Shown here piece after piece: positions 24,801 through 37,019 of a stretch of DNA of 64,000 nt. The DNA is from Cyanophora paradoxa CCMP329 (taxonomy: Eukaryota > Plantae > Glaucophyta), in NCBI GenBank assembly GCA_004431415.1, contig QPMI01000416.1, positions 124,001-188,000 on the forward strand, in the 5' to 3' direction. Each line of letters begins with the position of its first letter. Position 1 is the stretch's first letter. Made by a program: the position numbers and the translations under genes. Under the pieces are notes generated by a model, which was given only the letters and a program-made list of their open reading frames with translations, ran no database searches and had not been told where the DNA came from.

Positions 24801-27800
24801 AACGTACCGTTTCGTAACACTTTGGCACAACAAGGCTGCAGGTGCTCGATCCAGGAGCCTTTGCGGCCATCGCACCGGCGACGTTCGCGCAGCTCGACCT
24901 ACCGTAATACCGTAGCAGAACGAGTGCGGTAAATTCAAGCTTAAAATCAGAAGATGATCATGATCGTGAGGAAGCTTTGGAGAGCCGCGCACACGGACGC
25001 GTCAGATGTCGCGCCGTAAACGGGAGTGTCCGTGCTGCGCCCCAGCCGACGTCAGGACGTTGAATACGAATGACGGGTACGTGTAGAGAGTACGTGCTCA
25101 CCAAGTGTCCGTTTTATAGCACGACGCGCGATTCGTGCACAGGCCAGAGTCCCTGCTCTTGACGGATGCTGTGGTACCTGAATACGTATACGCGCGCGAT
25201 TGTGTAAATTACAACCAGGCGAGTAAAGGAAAAGAACTATATATATAGCTGCTAGCGCTGTACATGTACACAAACAAGAACTGCGAGGGAAATCAAACGC
25301 GCGGAAAAACTCCGAACCTAGAGGGCAGTCCTTGGCTTGCGCAACAAATTTCAGCTCGGATCCGCTGCAGTTCGGGCCCGAATAACACGTGAAAGGCATC
25401 TTGGTACAGGTTCCATTCTCGCGAACGCTCTGAGTCGTCGCCACCGGGCATTTATCCCTGCCGAAATGCGCAAATAAATTAGAGATCCGCTACCGACGCT
25501 GCAAAGCTATCGAATTCATTATATATCAAAGGATTGAACTCGGAATACATCTGTAATTATTAAGGCGTATGCTTACGCACTTGGACAGCTCAAACGACTC
25601 CCCCGCCGTGCAATTCGAGTCGGTCTGCGGAATAGCGCTAACCGTCATAATCGATATCATGATCACTATCTTCGATCCCACGCAAAGTTACAGAAAAAAT
25701 ATTTAATAACATTTGCTCACATAGCAACTGACACCGAGATGCACGGGCTTTCCCTGAGGCCAGCGGGTGCAAGATCCACCGGCTTCAGCTACGGCCTGAG
25801 TACCTCCCGGGCAGCGTCTGAACGCTTCCTCGTCGCTAACGCCAGCCGGTTGGCTGCGAATGCCATTTTTAGAAGAAAAAGAGATCGATGTATTTGGACC
25901 TGCTAACGTTAACGCACTATTTGTCGTAGCTGGTCACTGTGCCCGCATCCGCGCAGTTAAATGTCGAGTAGCTGTGCACCCAGGATTTAGATGCCGCTTC
26001 TTCTAATTAGAACTCGGAAGTAATTATATAAGTAGAGCTACCAGACAAGCCGCTCAGGGATGCAGCCTCCCGACCTCGTGTCCTGCAAGATGTGCACATG
26101 TTATGATACCGGGCAGACGATCTCCACGTCTAGATCTGATAGCTCGCGATCGGTGCGCACGCCAGTTGCAAGAGTATTAGAAGGGCAGTTCGCCTTGCCG
26201 AAAACGGTACTCGTCGGAGCCGTGGTGCATTTGTGGTCAGCGTAGCTGCGCACGCCGGAGATGGGTCAGAAATATATATATAATCGATGATTCGCAGACA
26301 CGGAGTACGATTAATGTTAATATTGCATCATGGCGTACCAGACAGTGCCTGAATGAGCGCCTCTGCACCATCCCCCAAACGCGTCCTTGTATGCAATCGT
26401 CCCGATCTGAACAGGTTTGAAGCCAGCATCCGATCAAATAAAATTACGATTAACATCACTGAGTCAGCAGACAATCGGAGGCTTTTTAATTTGGATCCCG
26501 GAAGAATCTATTTACAGCGACTTCCGAGTGAGGGCGTACCGGACAGCGAGCCCAGGCTTGCTCATTCGTGACCCCGGTTGGCTGACTGCGTAGAGCGCGT
26601 ACTATAATTAGATGTATTTCCACGCTCTAAATTGCGCATGCGACGACGTCGACTGCGCGACTACGACGACTGGATTATCATTATCGAGAACCGAAATTGC
26701 GCACTACGTGTCGACAGGGACGCCAGCCGCGTCCTTCCCTAGTGAAGGGCTTGAAGAGCACTGACTGCGATTCACGATCATAATCATGATCGCGATCGAA
26801 GTTGGAAAAGAAAACCGCGGCCGATACTGACGCACTTGTCAGTGTAACAGAACAGATTCGTGTTTTGGCAAGTGCCGGTCGCATCAGATTTCCAGGAGCT
26901 TGCCGAGTCGGGGCAGTAGGATCTGAGTGCAAACGTGAGTATGCACGTACGCGCGTGGCGGTGGGGGTGGTGGGGTGGAGGGGGCTGGGGTAAGGGGTGG
27001 GGGGAGGGGAGGGGGGGGGGGATTAGGGGGCGGCACGCTTATCGCTCGAATTCCTTCTTTATTTTTCTGGATAGCTTTCTTTCTTTCTTGAAACGTTGCG
27101 AACCCCGAAACGGCGCGAGCGACAGGAGTCCCAGAGCAGTCAAGGCTCTGCAAAGTTGAAAGCTCAAAATCATTATCATAGCATTAGTACGTGTCGTAAA
27201 GCAGACTGTCAGTCACCTCAAAGCACTTGCCGCCCTTCTTGGCTTCATAACACCTGTCTTCTTGGTTGACCGATTTCGTTCTGCGAATGTCGCGATCGAT
27301 ATCGATATCGATAACATATATATTTGAATGAGCGGGCCGCCGGGCAAAAGTTAAACGTTGCTGTTTTAAGCTTGAGGTCTATTTATGAGGGTTAAATGGT
27401 TGCAAATCTCTTGAGTGAGATGCTCATTCATATATCCAAAGCAATACTAGCTATAGTACTAGTAGAGCAATAACGTTTAACGGCGCGGTCACCCTTCCGG
27501 ACAGCGAAGCCACGACTCGTTCTCCGAGCCGCTAAAACTGCGAGTCGACGTCCGAACGTTAAGAGAATCAGCGTTTCAGGGCCTAATTATATATACGCAT
27601 GCAGTTTCCGCACTAGTCGGTGATGACATTTCCGGCAGCGTCTTTGGCGACAGTTGCAGCGCCGGTGCACGAGTCGCCGGAATAGCACAGGAGGGCCTTG
27701 CGGACACAGGCACCCGTCCCCTCCCAGTTTGTGGGAACCAAACGATAGCTCGACGTCGTCGCCGGGCACTTAACGCTGCGAATTAGAATTCGTACGAGAT

Positions 27801-29250
27801 CACAGTTCATCAGTACATGTACAGCGGTAAACCTGCCAGATCGATATTTATATATATATCAGGAGCGAGTTTGCGCACTGGTTGCCTCCAAGGACGTTGG
27901 TGACGTCACCTCCGGAGCCCGAACAATCCAGGCTCTTGTAGCACGTTACGTACTCGTGAGCTAGGCGGCAAGAGTAGCTAGATAATTCGTCATCCCCTTG
28001 GTTTCTGTAGGTGCGCGTTCCGAGCTGCACATCCAAATGAATTGCGAGTCAGTGGAGTTTTAGACGGACGCGAATCGAATTCCAGCATACTGGCGCTGAT
28101 CATGGAATATATATGTGGGTAAAATATTCTACTCACCGGGCAGCGAGCCCAGGCCTCTTCATTCGAGACACCGGCGGGTTGGCTATATATACGGATGAAG
28201 ATTGTTAACGTTACAGCGTTCTGTCTTGCATTCAAAGAACATATGCATACTAGTGAGAGTAGACATTGCCAGCCGCATCCTTGGCGATCGTTGGAGTGCC
28301 GGCGCAGCGAACTCCAGAGTAGCAAAGGAGGGCCGAACGGTTGCAGGTCCCGTTGCCATTTTGGCTCCAGCTCACCGTCGTCGTCGGACACTTCGTGCTT
28401 CGCGATCGAATTCGAACTTAATAGATCTGCATACTAAATATGAAAGCTGCAGCTGACGCACGAGTCCTCGCCGACGACATAAGTGATGTTGCTACCGGTG
28501 CTCTTGCAGTTCAAGTCCTTGTGACAGGCCACGAACTTGTGGGCCGAGTTGCAGCTGTCGCTGTTGCCGTTCTTGAAGCTGAACGTGCCGATCTGAAACC
28601 CGCGCCGTGACGTGTACATGTGTGAACAATAGAACTAAAGCAATTAAGTTATATATATATTATGCGCACGGGGCATCGGGCGAATGCGTCCGCGTTGGAC
28701 ACTCCCTGCGGCTGGCTGCGGTCGTGTGTCATCGAGTCAGCTAATTTTTGGTTTCTGACGACGTCTTCGAAGACAATAGATTTGTTACAGTGTCGCGCGC
28801 ACTATTCGGTCACCAAATTCCCTGCTGAGTCCTTCCCAAGCGTGTAATTGCCGGAACAGTCGCTGCAGCGAAGTGGGGACGACGGTCAGGTAAGCCGGTG
28901 GATGGGCGTGACCCGGCCAGAATTTCGGAATCATTGGAGGGCCGCGGGCGGGCCCGGGGGCGCTGCGAGGCACCTTGAAGTGTAGCAGAACAGCTTCGCT
29001 GGCACGCAAGCTTCGCTCCCTTTCGCTTTGCCGGAGAGGTACGAGGCGTTCGAGCAGACAGACGAGACGGGGGCATCGCTGCCGGCCGCGGCGATCGCGA
29101 GTTCAGACGCTTCCGATCGAGGCTCGCGATCGCCCGCGGTTAAACCAGGCCGGCGCCCGGGGACGTCGAGGGCGCCCACCTGTCTGCGGTGTACGCCGCG
29201 TTGCCAGAGCAGTCGGTCGAGGTGTAGCACTTCGCTGGCGAGGCGCCCAT
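21816..29250 (-). CDS. large Cys-rich tandem-repeat protein (>30 exons), probably extracellular; no recognised domain
   Basis: By-eye splicing yields about 15 or more units C-x(n)-C-[YF]-x3-[DN]-C-x-G (e.g. KCYTSTDCSG, LLCYSGDSCTG, TCYKSLDCSG, TCYSGPNCSG, KCYETADCSG). It also contains recurrent KDAAGN and a repeated exon QPxGVxNxxAxxRCP. Start and stop are uncertain. Confidence 0.75.
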
Positions 29251-29510
29251 CTTGATTCGTGCTCTGGTTCAGAATCGATATCAGCGACATCGATATCGTA
29301 CACATGTTCGTGTATATATGCAATATCGATATCGATGAGCGGCGCGCGCGATCCGCGTCTGCGCCCTTAACCTGCATGCGCAGCACGCCGCTGCGTATAC
29401 GTATATGCCCGGCCGAGTTTCGGAAGCCGACGCGCGCTCACCGCTCGCTCACCGTCGGCGTCTAGATCTCCGATAGCGCCGCGGCGATGCGATTGAATAT
29501 TGCTCCTCGC

Positions 29511-29571
29511 GCCGGTCGGGTCGAGCGCGCTATAGCTTAAAAGAGCCGGTCGGGTCGAGCGCGCTATAGCT
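29511..29571. repeat. 27-bp direct repeat upstream of the Cys-rich gene
   Basis: GCCGGTCGGGTCGAGCGCGCTATAGCT at 29511-29537 and 29545-29571. Confidence 0.9.
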
Positions 29572-29938
29572 AGCGATAGCACTGCTAGGCTAGCAGGGGG
29601 ATGAGTCCCGGATGACTGCCGCCGCTGCCAGGCTGCGAGCCTGCGGCGCTGCCTTCAAGGCTTCGATACAGTATCGATCATGATCAGCTTAATCAGCGGC
29701 TCCCGGTACCGTAGTACCAGCTTCTGGCTCGCAGGAGGGGCCGCGACTGGTACCGGGGGTGCGAACAGATCTAGACTGAAGGGGCTCGGGAGTCGGGACT
29801 CGGGACTCGGGAGTCGGGGCCTCGGGAGTCGGGCCGCTCGGCCGCTCCGAGGCTCTGAGGTAACGTTCTTGACTCAGTGAGCTTCGGCGGCACTGCGGCA
29901 GGCCCGCAGGGCCGCAGGCCCGCAACCCGGCCCCCGGG

Positions 29939-30356
29939 CAGGGCTGTCAAAATTTTACCCCCCCAAAATGGACCAGAAAATTTTGAGGAATATTCCGGGA
30001 ACGTTCCCGGAATATTCCACCACACAAAATCCTGGAAAATTCTCAATACCGTGCGTTGCGCACCGCAGACACACGTTCAAAGCTGCGAAGCACTAAGATA
30101 ACATCACACTAAGCATTCTGAGAGACAGTATACAGCCTTCTGGAGCTTGGAGACGGAAATGCAAGGCCCCTGGTGGGGTCAGAAGGGGGGGGAGGGGGCG
30201 CAGAAAAGGGATCCCGGATGAAAATGAATAAATAATCATTAAATTATATTCAATTTCCTAAAATTTTCCCCCTGCAAACGGGACGCGAAAATTTTCCCGA
30301 AATTTTCTAATATTCCGGGAACGTTCCAGGCTGGAATATTCCGGCTAACAGCCCTG
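29939..30356. mobile_element. non-autonomous hAT-type DNA transposon (MITE), 418 bp
   Basis: TIRs CAGGGCTGT...ACAGCCCTG; 8-bp TSD CCCCCGGG (29931-29938 and 30357-30364); AT-rich non-coding interior with subterminal AATATTCCGGGAACGTTCC motifs at both ends. Confidence 0.85.
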
Positions 30357-31025
30357 CCCCCGGGCCCCGGGCCCCGGCCCGGGGCCCGGGGGCCGGCCCC
30401 GCCGCCGGCGGCCGGGGCCTCGCCGCCTCGGCCGCCGGCCCGGCGCCAGCGCCGGGCCCTCTGCGGGCCGCTCGGCGGCGTCGGCGCCGCTCGGCGGCTC
30501 GGGCCGCTCGGAGCGATCGCGACGCCGCTGCGAGCCGCTGAGCCTGCGACGGAGCCTCGGAGTCTCGGACCCGATTTTTTTGTTTCGGTTCTTTTTTTCG
30601 CATGCAATTGTGGGGTACATGCAATTGCCGGCAGGCCGAGTTGCCGGCGCGCAGAACGTTAACGCAAATGCGCGCCTGCGTACGGATACCGCGGCGTATA
30701 CGTACTACGGTATGCGCGTGGTGTGGTCGCGTGTATGCGCATGCCGCAGCTGCAGTGCCATCGCTGCCAATTGCAATTGCAAGCATATGCATTCGGCCCG
30801 GCGGCCCCGGCCCAGTGGTCAGGCGCGCGCGCGCGCACGTTTGATCTCCGTCATCATAGTATACGTATCATGACGGCAGCAGCGGCAACGTTGTTATTAC
30901 TAGTCATAATGACGGGCCGCTAGACGCCAAGATTTAGAAGCAGAAGTTGCGGAACTGCGACTGCAGCGCTCAGCGGGTGACAGCGGCTAGCAATATAGCT
31001 CGGCCGTCCTCCGCAAATCGCGAAC

Positions 31026-32780
31026 TCAGAAGCCGAGAGTGAGAGGCCCCGTCGGGAGGGCCGCCGGCGGCTCCGCAGCCCCAAAGCAGTCCGTTAGGAA
31101 ATACCGGAACGCGCTCCAGGAGCTGAGAGGGCAGGGGGTACAGCGTCAATCCAGGTCCCGGGGTACGCGATTCGAGATGGTGGGGTGGTGGGGTACCGGC
31201 GGTCGGCGTCGGCGTTGTACACGGCGCCGAACTGGGGGAAGTTGGCCGTGGGTACCGTGAACCTGGACGCGCGAGCGCGCACCCCCGTCAACGCGCGTCC
31301 TACCTCCCTCCCCTTCCGGGGGGTACGGTTTCGCGTCGCACGAGTGGAGGACTCCGGACAGGTAGAGAATCTGGAAGTCGATCTTGGCCTCGCTTGCCCT
31401 CTTCACCCAATCCGTGACCTGCGTACCCCCGTCGTCGCGGCAACGGCGTACCCCCTTCGAAGGCGATGGGGGTACGGCACCTCTCCGACGGGGATGCTCG
31501 GGTCGTCGACGCCCGTGCAGATGAGAATCTTCGCCTGCGGGGGTACCGTCATTAATCACGCCAGGGGGGGGTACCGAATCTTCGCCTGTTGGGGCGGCGG
31601 TGGTTAAGTGCGCGGGGGCGGGGGGAGTTCCCCCGGGGTACAGGGGAGCCCGGCGACGGCGGCCCGCTTTGGATCTTCACCTCCTTCCGGGGAGAGAGGG
31701 GAGGGGGGGGGGTGAAGGGGGCGGCAAGGCAAGGGGGGGGAGACAGAGGGGGTACGGTACCTTGCAGGCCTTAAAAGCCTCGGGGCTCTGGTCGCCCATC
31801 TTGAGGGATGCGTGGAAAGTGGCTACCCCCGCGATCTTGGCCCCTGCACGAAGCGGAGCCAGCGGCTCAGCAACAGCCCCACGCTCAGCAAGCTAGCTAG
31901 CTAGCGCTAGCTATGGAACGCCCGGCCCACCGCCCCGGACCCGGGTACGCGCGCGCGCGCACCGAACTTCGCGAGGGACAGCGCGCACGCGCCGCCGAAG
32001 CAGTAGCCTGCAGGGCGCCGGTGGTCAGCGGCGGCGCCGCGCGGCGCTCACATGAGTCTCAGATGAGATGTGGCGCTTACCGGCGACGACGACCTTCGAG
32101 GCGTCGCAGTTGGCGTGGGCCGTGAGCTGCGCGAGGGATCCCTCAAGCCGCGCCTTCGCGCCCGCCTCATCCTTGAGGAAGGCCTCTGCACGGAGGCGCT
32201 GAGCGAAGGACCGAGCGCGCGTCGAACGGGCGGGCGGGCGGGAGGGCGGGCGGGCGCACGGACGAGCTGCCCTGCCTCGTCGTGGTCCTTGGCGAAGACG
32301 CCCTTCCCGTACACGTCGGCCGCGAACGCGACGTAGCCGAGCTTGGCGACGAGCCGCGCGCGGCCGCGAACGTAGCTGCGGCCGGGCCCGGGCGGCGCTC
32401 GGATGCGTTCGGCGAGCTCGAGAACGGCGCGCGGCCGCTGGGAGAGGTTTCACGCACTCGCCGTGACCCCTCCATTCTGCGCGCCGGCAAAGCTCTCATC
32501 GAACCAGAGCAATAGACGAGCGGGGAGAGGTGCGGCGCACCGTGGATAAGCATCACGCCCGGGAGCTGCGCACACGGTCAGGTCCAGCGGCTAGCGGCTG
32601 TCCTCGTCATTGCACGGCTCTAGAATAGGTTCGCTGCGCGCGCGGGCCTAATCGGAGCAGCGAGAGCGTCGGGACCACCTTCGCGCTTCCCGCATTCGCA
32701 GGCCAGGCGATGAAGCCCTCGAACTGCTTGTCCCCGACGGTGTAGCTCACGACCTTCTCGCTGATGCTTGCGTCGGCCAT
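31026..32780 (-). CDS. dienelactone hydrolase family protein
   Basis: LPGVMLIH, LGYVAFAADVYGKG, nucleophile elbow GYCFGG (~31990-32010), VATFHASL, ILICTGVDDP, YLSGVLHS|FT, YNADADRRSW. Confidence 0.92.
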
Positions 32781-33086
32781 TTCGCTCGAGCTCGCACAGC
32801 CCATTCACAGGGGTACTGTTGCGCCCCCATCCGCAGACCCGCACTCGCTGCAGGCCGCGGCGAGGCCGCCCAGGCGGCGGGGATAGTGCGCAGCTGCTAG
32901 GCGTATCGGCGATCGACAGCCTGGCCCTGCTGGGTGCAGCGCGGGCGAGGAGTGTCCGGCTAGTGCGATCTCCTGCGCATACGCGCGCAATTGCATCATA
33001 GCAGAGGAGACATCGGCCCGAACTGTTACTCAGTGCCCCAGCGAGCCTCGAAAGGACAGTGCGCACCCAGGCCTAGCTGTAGGCGG

Positions 33087-35940
33087 ATGCGCTCGAGCAG
33101 GATCGCAGGCTGGGTGTCCTCGGCATCGGGGGCGGGCGAGGTCGAGGGCTGGGGCTCGCCGCCGCCGCCGCCCCCGGCCGCGGCCGAGCCCGGCCAGCTC
33201 GATGGCGTCGACCGGAAGCTCTCCCAGCTCGCCCACATCATCGACCGGGTCCGATCTCTTTGGCTTTGCCCTCATTCCATCGCTGAAGCCTCTCCGGTCC
33301 GGTGCAGCCGATGACGGGGCACGGAGGTGCGAGCCCGCGCAGGGCCGGGCGCCGCCGATCGTCGACGCTTTCCGATGGGAAACTGAACGCGCCCGAGGGC
33401 GGCGAGCCCGTGCCTCCGCTCGTAAGCGCGGACCCATCCCCGAGCTCCTCGGCCACAACCGGCAGCGGCGGCGGCTCCGGCTCCGGTCCACTGTACGGGC
33501 GCCGGCGCGGCTCGCAAGCTGCAGAGCTCGGCGCCGGACGGGAGCCCGAGCCCCCTCCCCGGCCCAAGTCGCCTAAGCAGCATCCCTCGCTCGAGCTCGG
33601 CGGTGCGCAGTCGGAGGACGAAGAGGAACCGGACGAATTGATCCGGTACGCGTACGTTTACGTAGCGACTGCACACGGCGCGATCTCGTCGTCGCTGCTT
33701 TCCGCCGCCGCCGCCGCCGCCGCCGCAATCGCTGCTTACCCGCTTCTGCTCGCAGGGCAGCCCGATCATTCCTCCAGGGGCGGAGCTCGCCGCCGCCGCC
33801 GCCGCCCATCGCGGCGAGCTCGCCCGTACCCCTCCCCCGCATCCGCCCCCGTCCCAACGGAGTCTCCGCCTCGGGATCCCAGCGCGCATCGCCCAGCAGC
33901 AGCAGCGCGAGCCTTTTGTCTTCCCGCGCCCCGTCCGAGCAGTTCGTGCGTACCCCGCACACAGGCTACTGCGCTCCGCGCCGCCCGCCGCCCGAACGGG
34001 TACGCAGAGCCACGAGCTGCACGAGATTCGCAACCGAATGGGTGCGTGCCCCCTTCTGCAGCAGCCACCCGACCCTGACTCTCCTTCTGCGGCAGCCAAC
34101 TCGAAAGCATGGGACCCAAAGGCGAGCCCTGTACCCCCCTCTCACCCGGGGCCTCTTCGCGCCCCCTGTACCCTCTCTCACGGGCTGAGCGCAGGTGCAT
34201 CACCGCATTCTGGAGCCCGGCGTACCGTTGAACGAAGGCTCACCGGAGGGGGAGTACAAGAGCTACCGGTCCGTCCCCGGCGTACCCTCCCCGCGCGCCT
34301 TGAATCGCGTACCCCCCCTCCTTCGCAGCTTCAACGTACCCGCGCACTGCCACCGCTTCGCGATCCGCCTCAGAGTACGTGTCCAACTCCCCTCCCCCCC
34401 TTCCTCTTCTCCCCCCCCTCCCGCCTCCCTCCCCCTCCCCCCCCCCCGCCCCTCCAGCGGCTACGGCGTGCTCCTTACCTTTCCTTGAGCAGGCGACCGC
34501 CGGGAAGTGTGTGGGGTACGTGTCTCATTCGCGGTGCGTCCCGTGCCCGCCGCGACGCCCGCGTCGTCCTGTACCCCCCCGCCCCCTTGACCTCCTTCAT
34601 TTCAGGGAGCACCCCACCGTCGAGCAAAACCAGTACGTCTTGGCGCCCGATCGCGAGGTGAGCGGTACCCCGGAAAAGAGCTCTCGGTCGGATTCGATGA
34701 GAGCGGCGGCGTCGGTGCGAATCAGGGCGAGGAGGTTCTCGAGTTGGACAACGAGGACCCAAAGTTCCGCACGGGGTCCATCTTCATCGGTACCCCCTTG
34801 CTGCGACCTCGATTTCTGCGTACCCCCTCCCTCATCTTTCGCTGCAGCGGTGTACGGGACGGACCGGGGCGGGGCGGATCGGTGCTCATACGAACTCTCG
34901 GCTACGCACGGCGCATTCACAGTACTGACCACCGCCGTGTCCGTACCCCGCCGTACCCCGGCCCCCATTCGACTGAACGCGTACCCAGGGAGGTAACGGG
35001 CGAGTGCCGGCCGGGAATACCGGCCTACTACCGAGTGCAGGTTCGAATCCCCGCGAAGCCCTTTGTCTACCCTCCCTTGGCCCGCCCGACCTCCCGCCCA
35101 GTGCCCGCAAGCATTTCAGTCCGTCGTATTCCAGATCGGTACGTACCCCTCCACCCTTGTTCCGCTTCTTTTCGCCCTTCCGACCGACCATACCCTTCGC
35201 AGGCCTTATCGAGCCGCCGGGCGGCGAGCCGGGTACCTCCAAGCTTCCCCCGTTCCCCTACTCCCCCCCCCCCCCCCCCCCCCCCCCCCCGGGGGGCGGT
35301 CCCTAACGGAGGGGTACCGGTAGCCCTGCGGGACGAGGAGAAGCCAAGGGCGCACGTATCCACGCGCTACAAGTTCCCCGATGCCGGTACCCCCCTTTCA
35401 GAGGGTTATTCCTTTTTTTTTATTTAAGCTCGGTCCTGACCCTCTGGTCAGTGTCTTCGGTGTGGACGGACGAATTCGTACCCGGGACCGACGAGCTCGT
35501 CCTCGCGATTGACCCGAGCGAGCCGCAGTTCCGCGCAGGCGAGCTCGAGCCCTCCTCTTTCCCCCCCCTCCCCCCCCCGCCCCCCCCCCCCCGCGCTCCA
35601 GCGCCATTTTAAATTTCGGATTGCGGCCGTACCCCCCTCCTCTGTTTTTCTGACCGAGTCGGTGGGACAGGCTGGTACTACTGCGCTGTGGAGGGGGTAC
35701 GCCCCGCCCGCTTCCGAATCGTCGCCTTCCAGCGGCCCAGTGCGTAGCTTCCTTGTTCGAATTCGGAATCGTATTAGCGAATAGAGCGCTTTGAATTCGA
35801 GCTAACAAACAAGAGGATGCGTATCCACGCCTCGTGATTTCGCCCCGCTTTCCTTGATTTCCGACTGACGCCGCCGGCTGCCGCTGCGCAGACCCCCGAA
35901 TCCGCGCCGACCCACGCGTGCTCAAGGTTCGCCTACCTCG

Positions 35941-35971
<31 letters not shown>

Positions 35972-37019
35972 TACCCCCTTTAATCCCCCCCGTGACGCAG
36001 GCCGTTACCCGCGCGGTGCGGGACGGAAACTTCGAGGGGGTGGCCCACAGCCGCTCAGGTCAGATCTGATCTGATCTGATCTGGTCTGATCTGAGCGAAT
36101 TCCCTCGCCGCAGCCGTCAAGTCGCTGCCAGCGTCTACCCCCAGCGTCCTCGCGGGACCTGGCGCACACCGCCGTCCGTTCTTGCTACACCCCCCCCCCC
36201 CCACCCCCCACCCCTGCCCCGCTTCCCCCCTCCTCCACCCCCTGATGAGCCGCCCTCGCAGCGCCTTCTCCGCCCAAACGCGACGTAGCGCCACCACCGC
36301 GCTCGATGGGCAGCATGGACACCGGTACCCCTCTGAACATCGACGGTGCGCCTCAATCAGCGCTAAGAATAGAGTAGAGAGATCTATTCTGATTGGGCGG
36401 CGTGAACCGCAGTGACCGCGCCGCACCCGCCGCCACCCCGGAGCGAGGGCATGGGAAACCTCAACGCGCCGCCGGCGCGGGGGGGCCTGATACGCTCCGG
36501 TGGGTTCGTCTACCGACCGGCGCCGCCGGCCGCGCCCCAGCCGCCGCCGCGTGCGGGCTCCAGCCCCCGCCGCACCTCCCTGCCCCACTCCCCGTCCTCC
36601 CTTCAGAGCCTCGGCTCGCCCGCCTCGTCCCGGCGGTCCTCTGTTGCAAACTCGCCCGCCCTCTCCCCCGCTCTGGGCGGCAGCTCCGGGGACGTCGCCA
36701 GCGCCCCCGTACCCCCCCTGGATTCCGACCCCGGGGCGCCGTCCCGGGCCGGGGCGGGGTCCAGCCCCCGCCACGGGAGGCCAGCCAGCCTCGGGGCGCT
36801 CCGGCAGTCGCCTTCGCAGGGGGGTACCGCCCCCGTCTGGCAGGTGCGGGGCGCCTCGACTTCAGCTTTTCGCGTACCCTCTTAGCTGAAGGGCTCTGCG
36901 CGGCTCAGGTGAGCGGCCTCATCGGGCGGCTGGAAGCCAAGGAGGCGGAGGCGGAGACGCGGCGGGAGGCGAGGGAAGCCGAGGCGGGCATGCGCCGCGT
37001 CCTCCTCGACAGCCGCTGA
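33087..37019 (+). CDS. hypothetical multi-exon protein (low-complexity ends, beta-rich central region)
   Basis: Many exons with canonical borders: SFNVPAHCHRFAIRLR, EHPTVEQNQY, DPKFRTGSIFI|AVYG, YELSAT, PAYYRVQ, AHVSTRYKFP. The central part resembles PPC-like beta-sandwich repeats (inference). Coiled-coil last exon; stop at 37019. Confidence 0.55.

Noticed and set aside
26540-28720. Regularly recurring similar ~45-nt segments as a CRISPR-like array
   Set aside because: They are diverged duplicated coding exons with splice sites. There are no identical repeats and no cas genes.
36055-36095. (GATCT)n arrays (also 53523-53560, 58307-58326, 63222-63258) as operators
   Set aside because: Intronic microsatellites in both orientations relative to transcription; at most they supply branch-point-like CTGAT.
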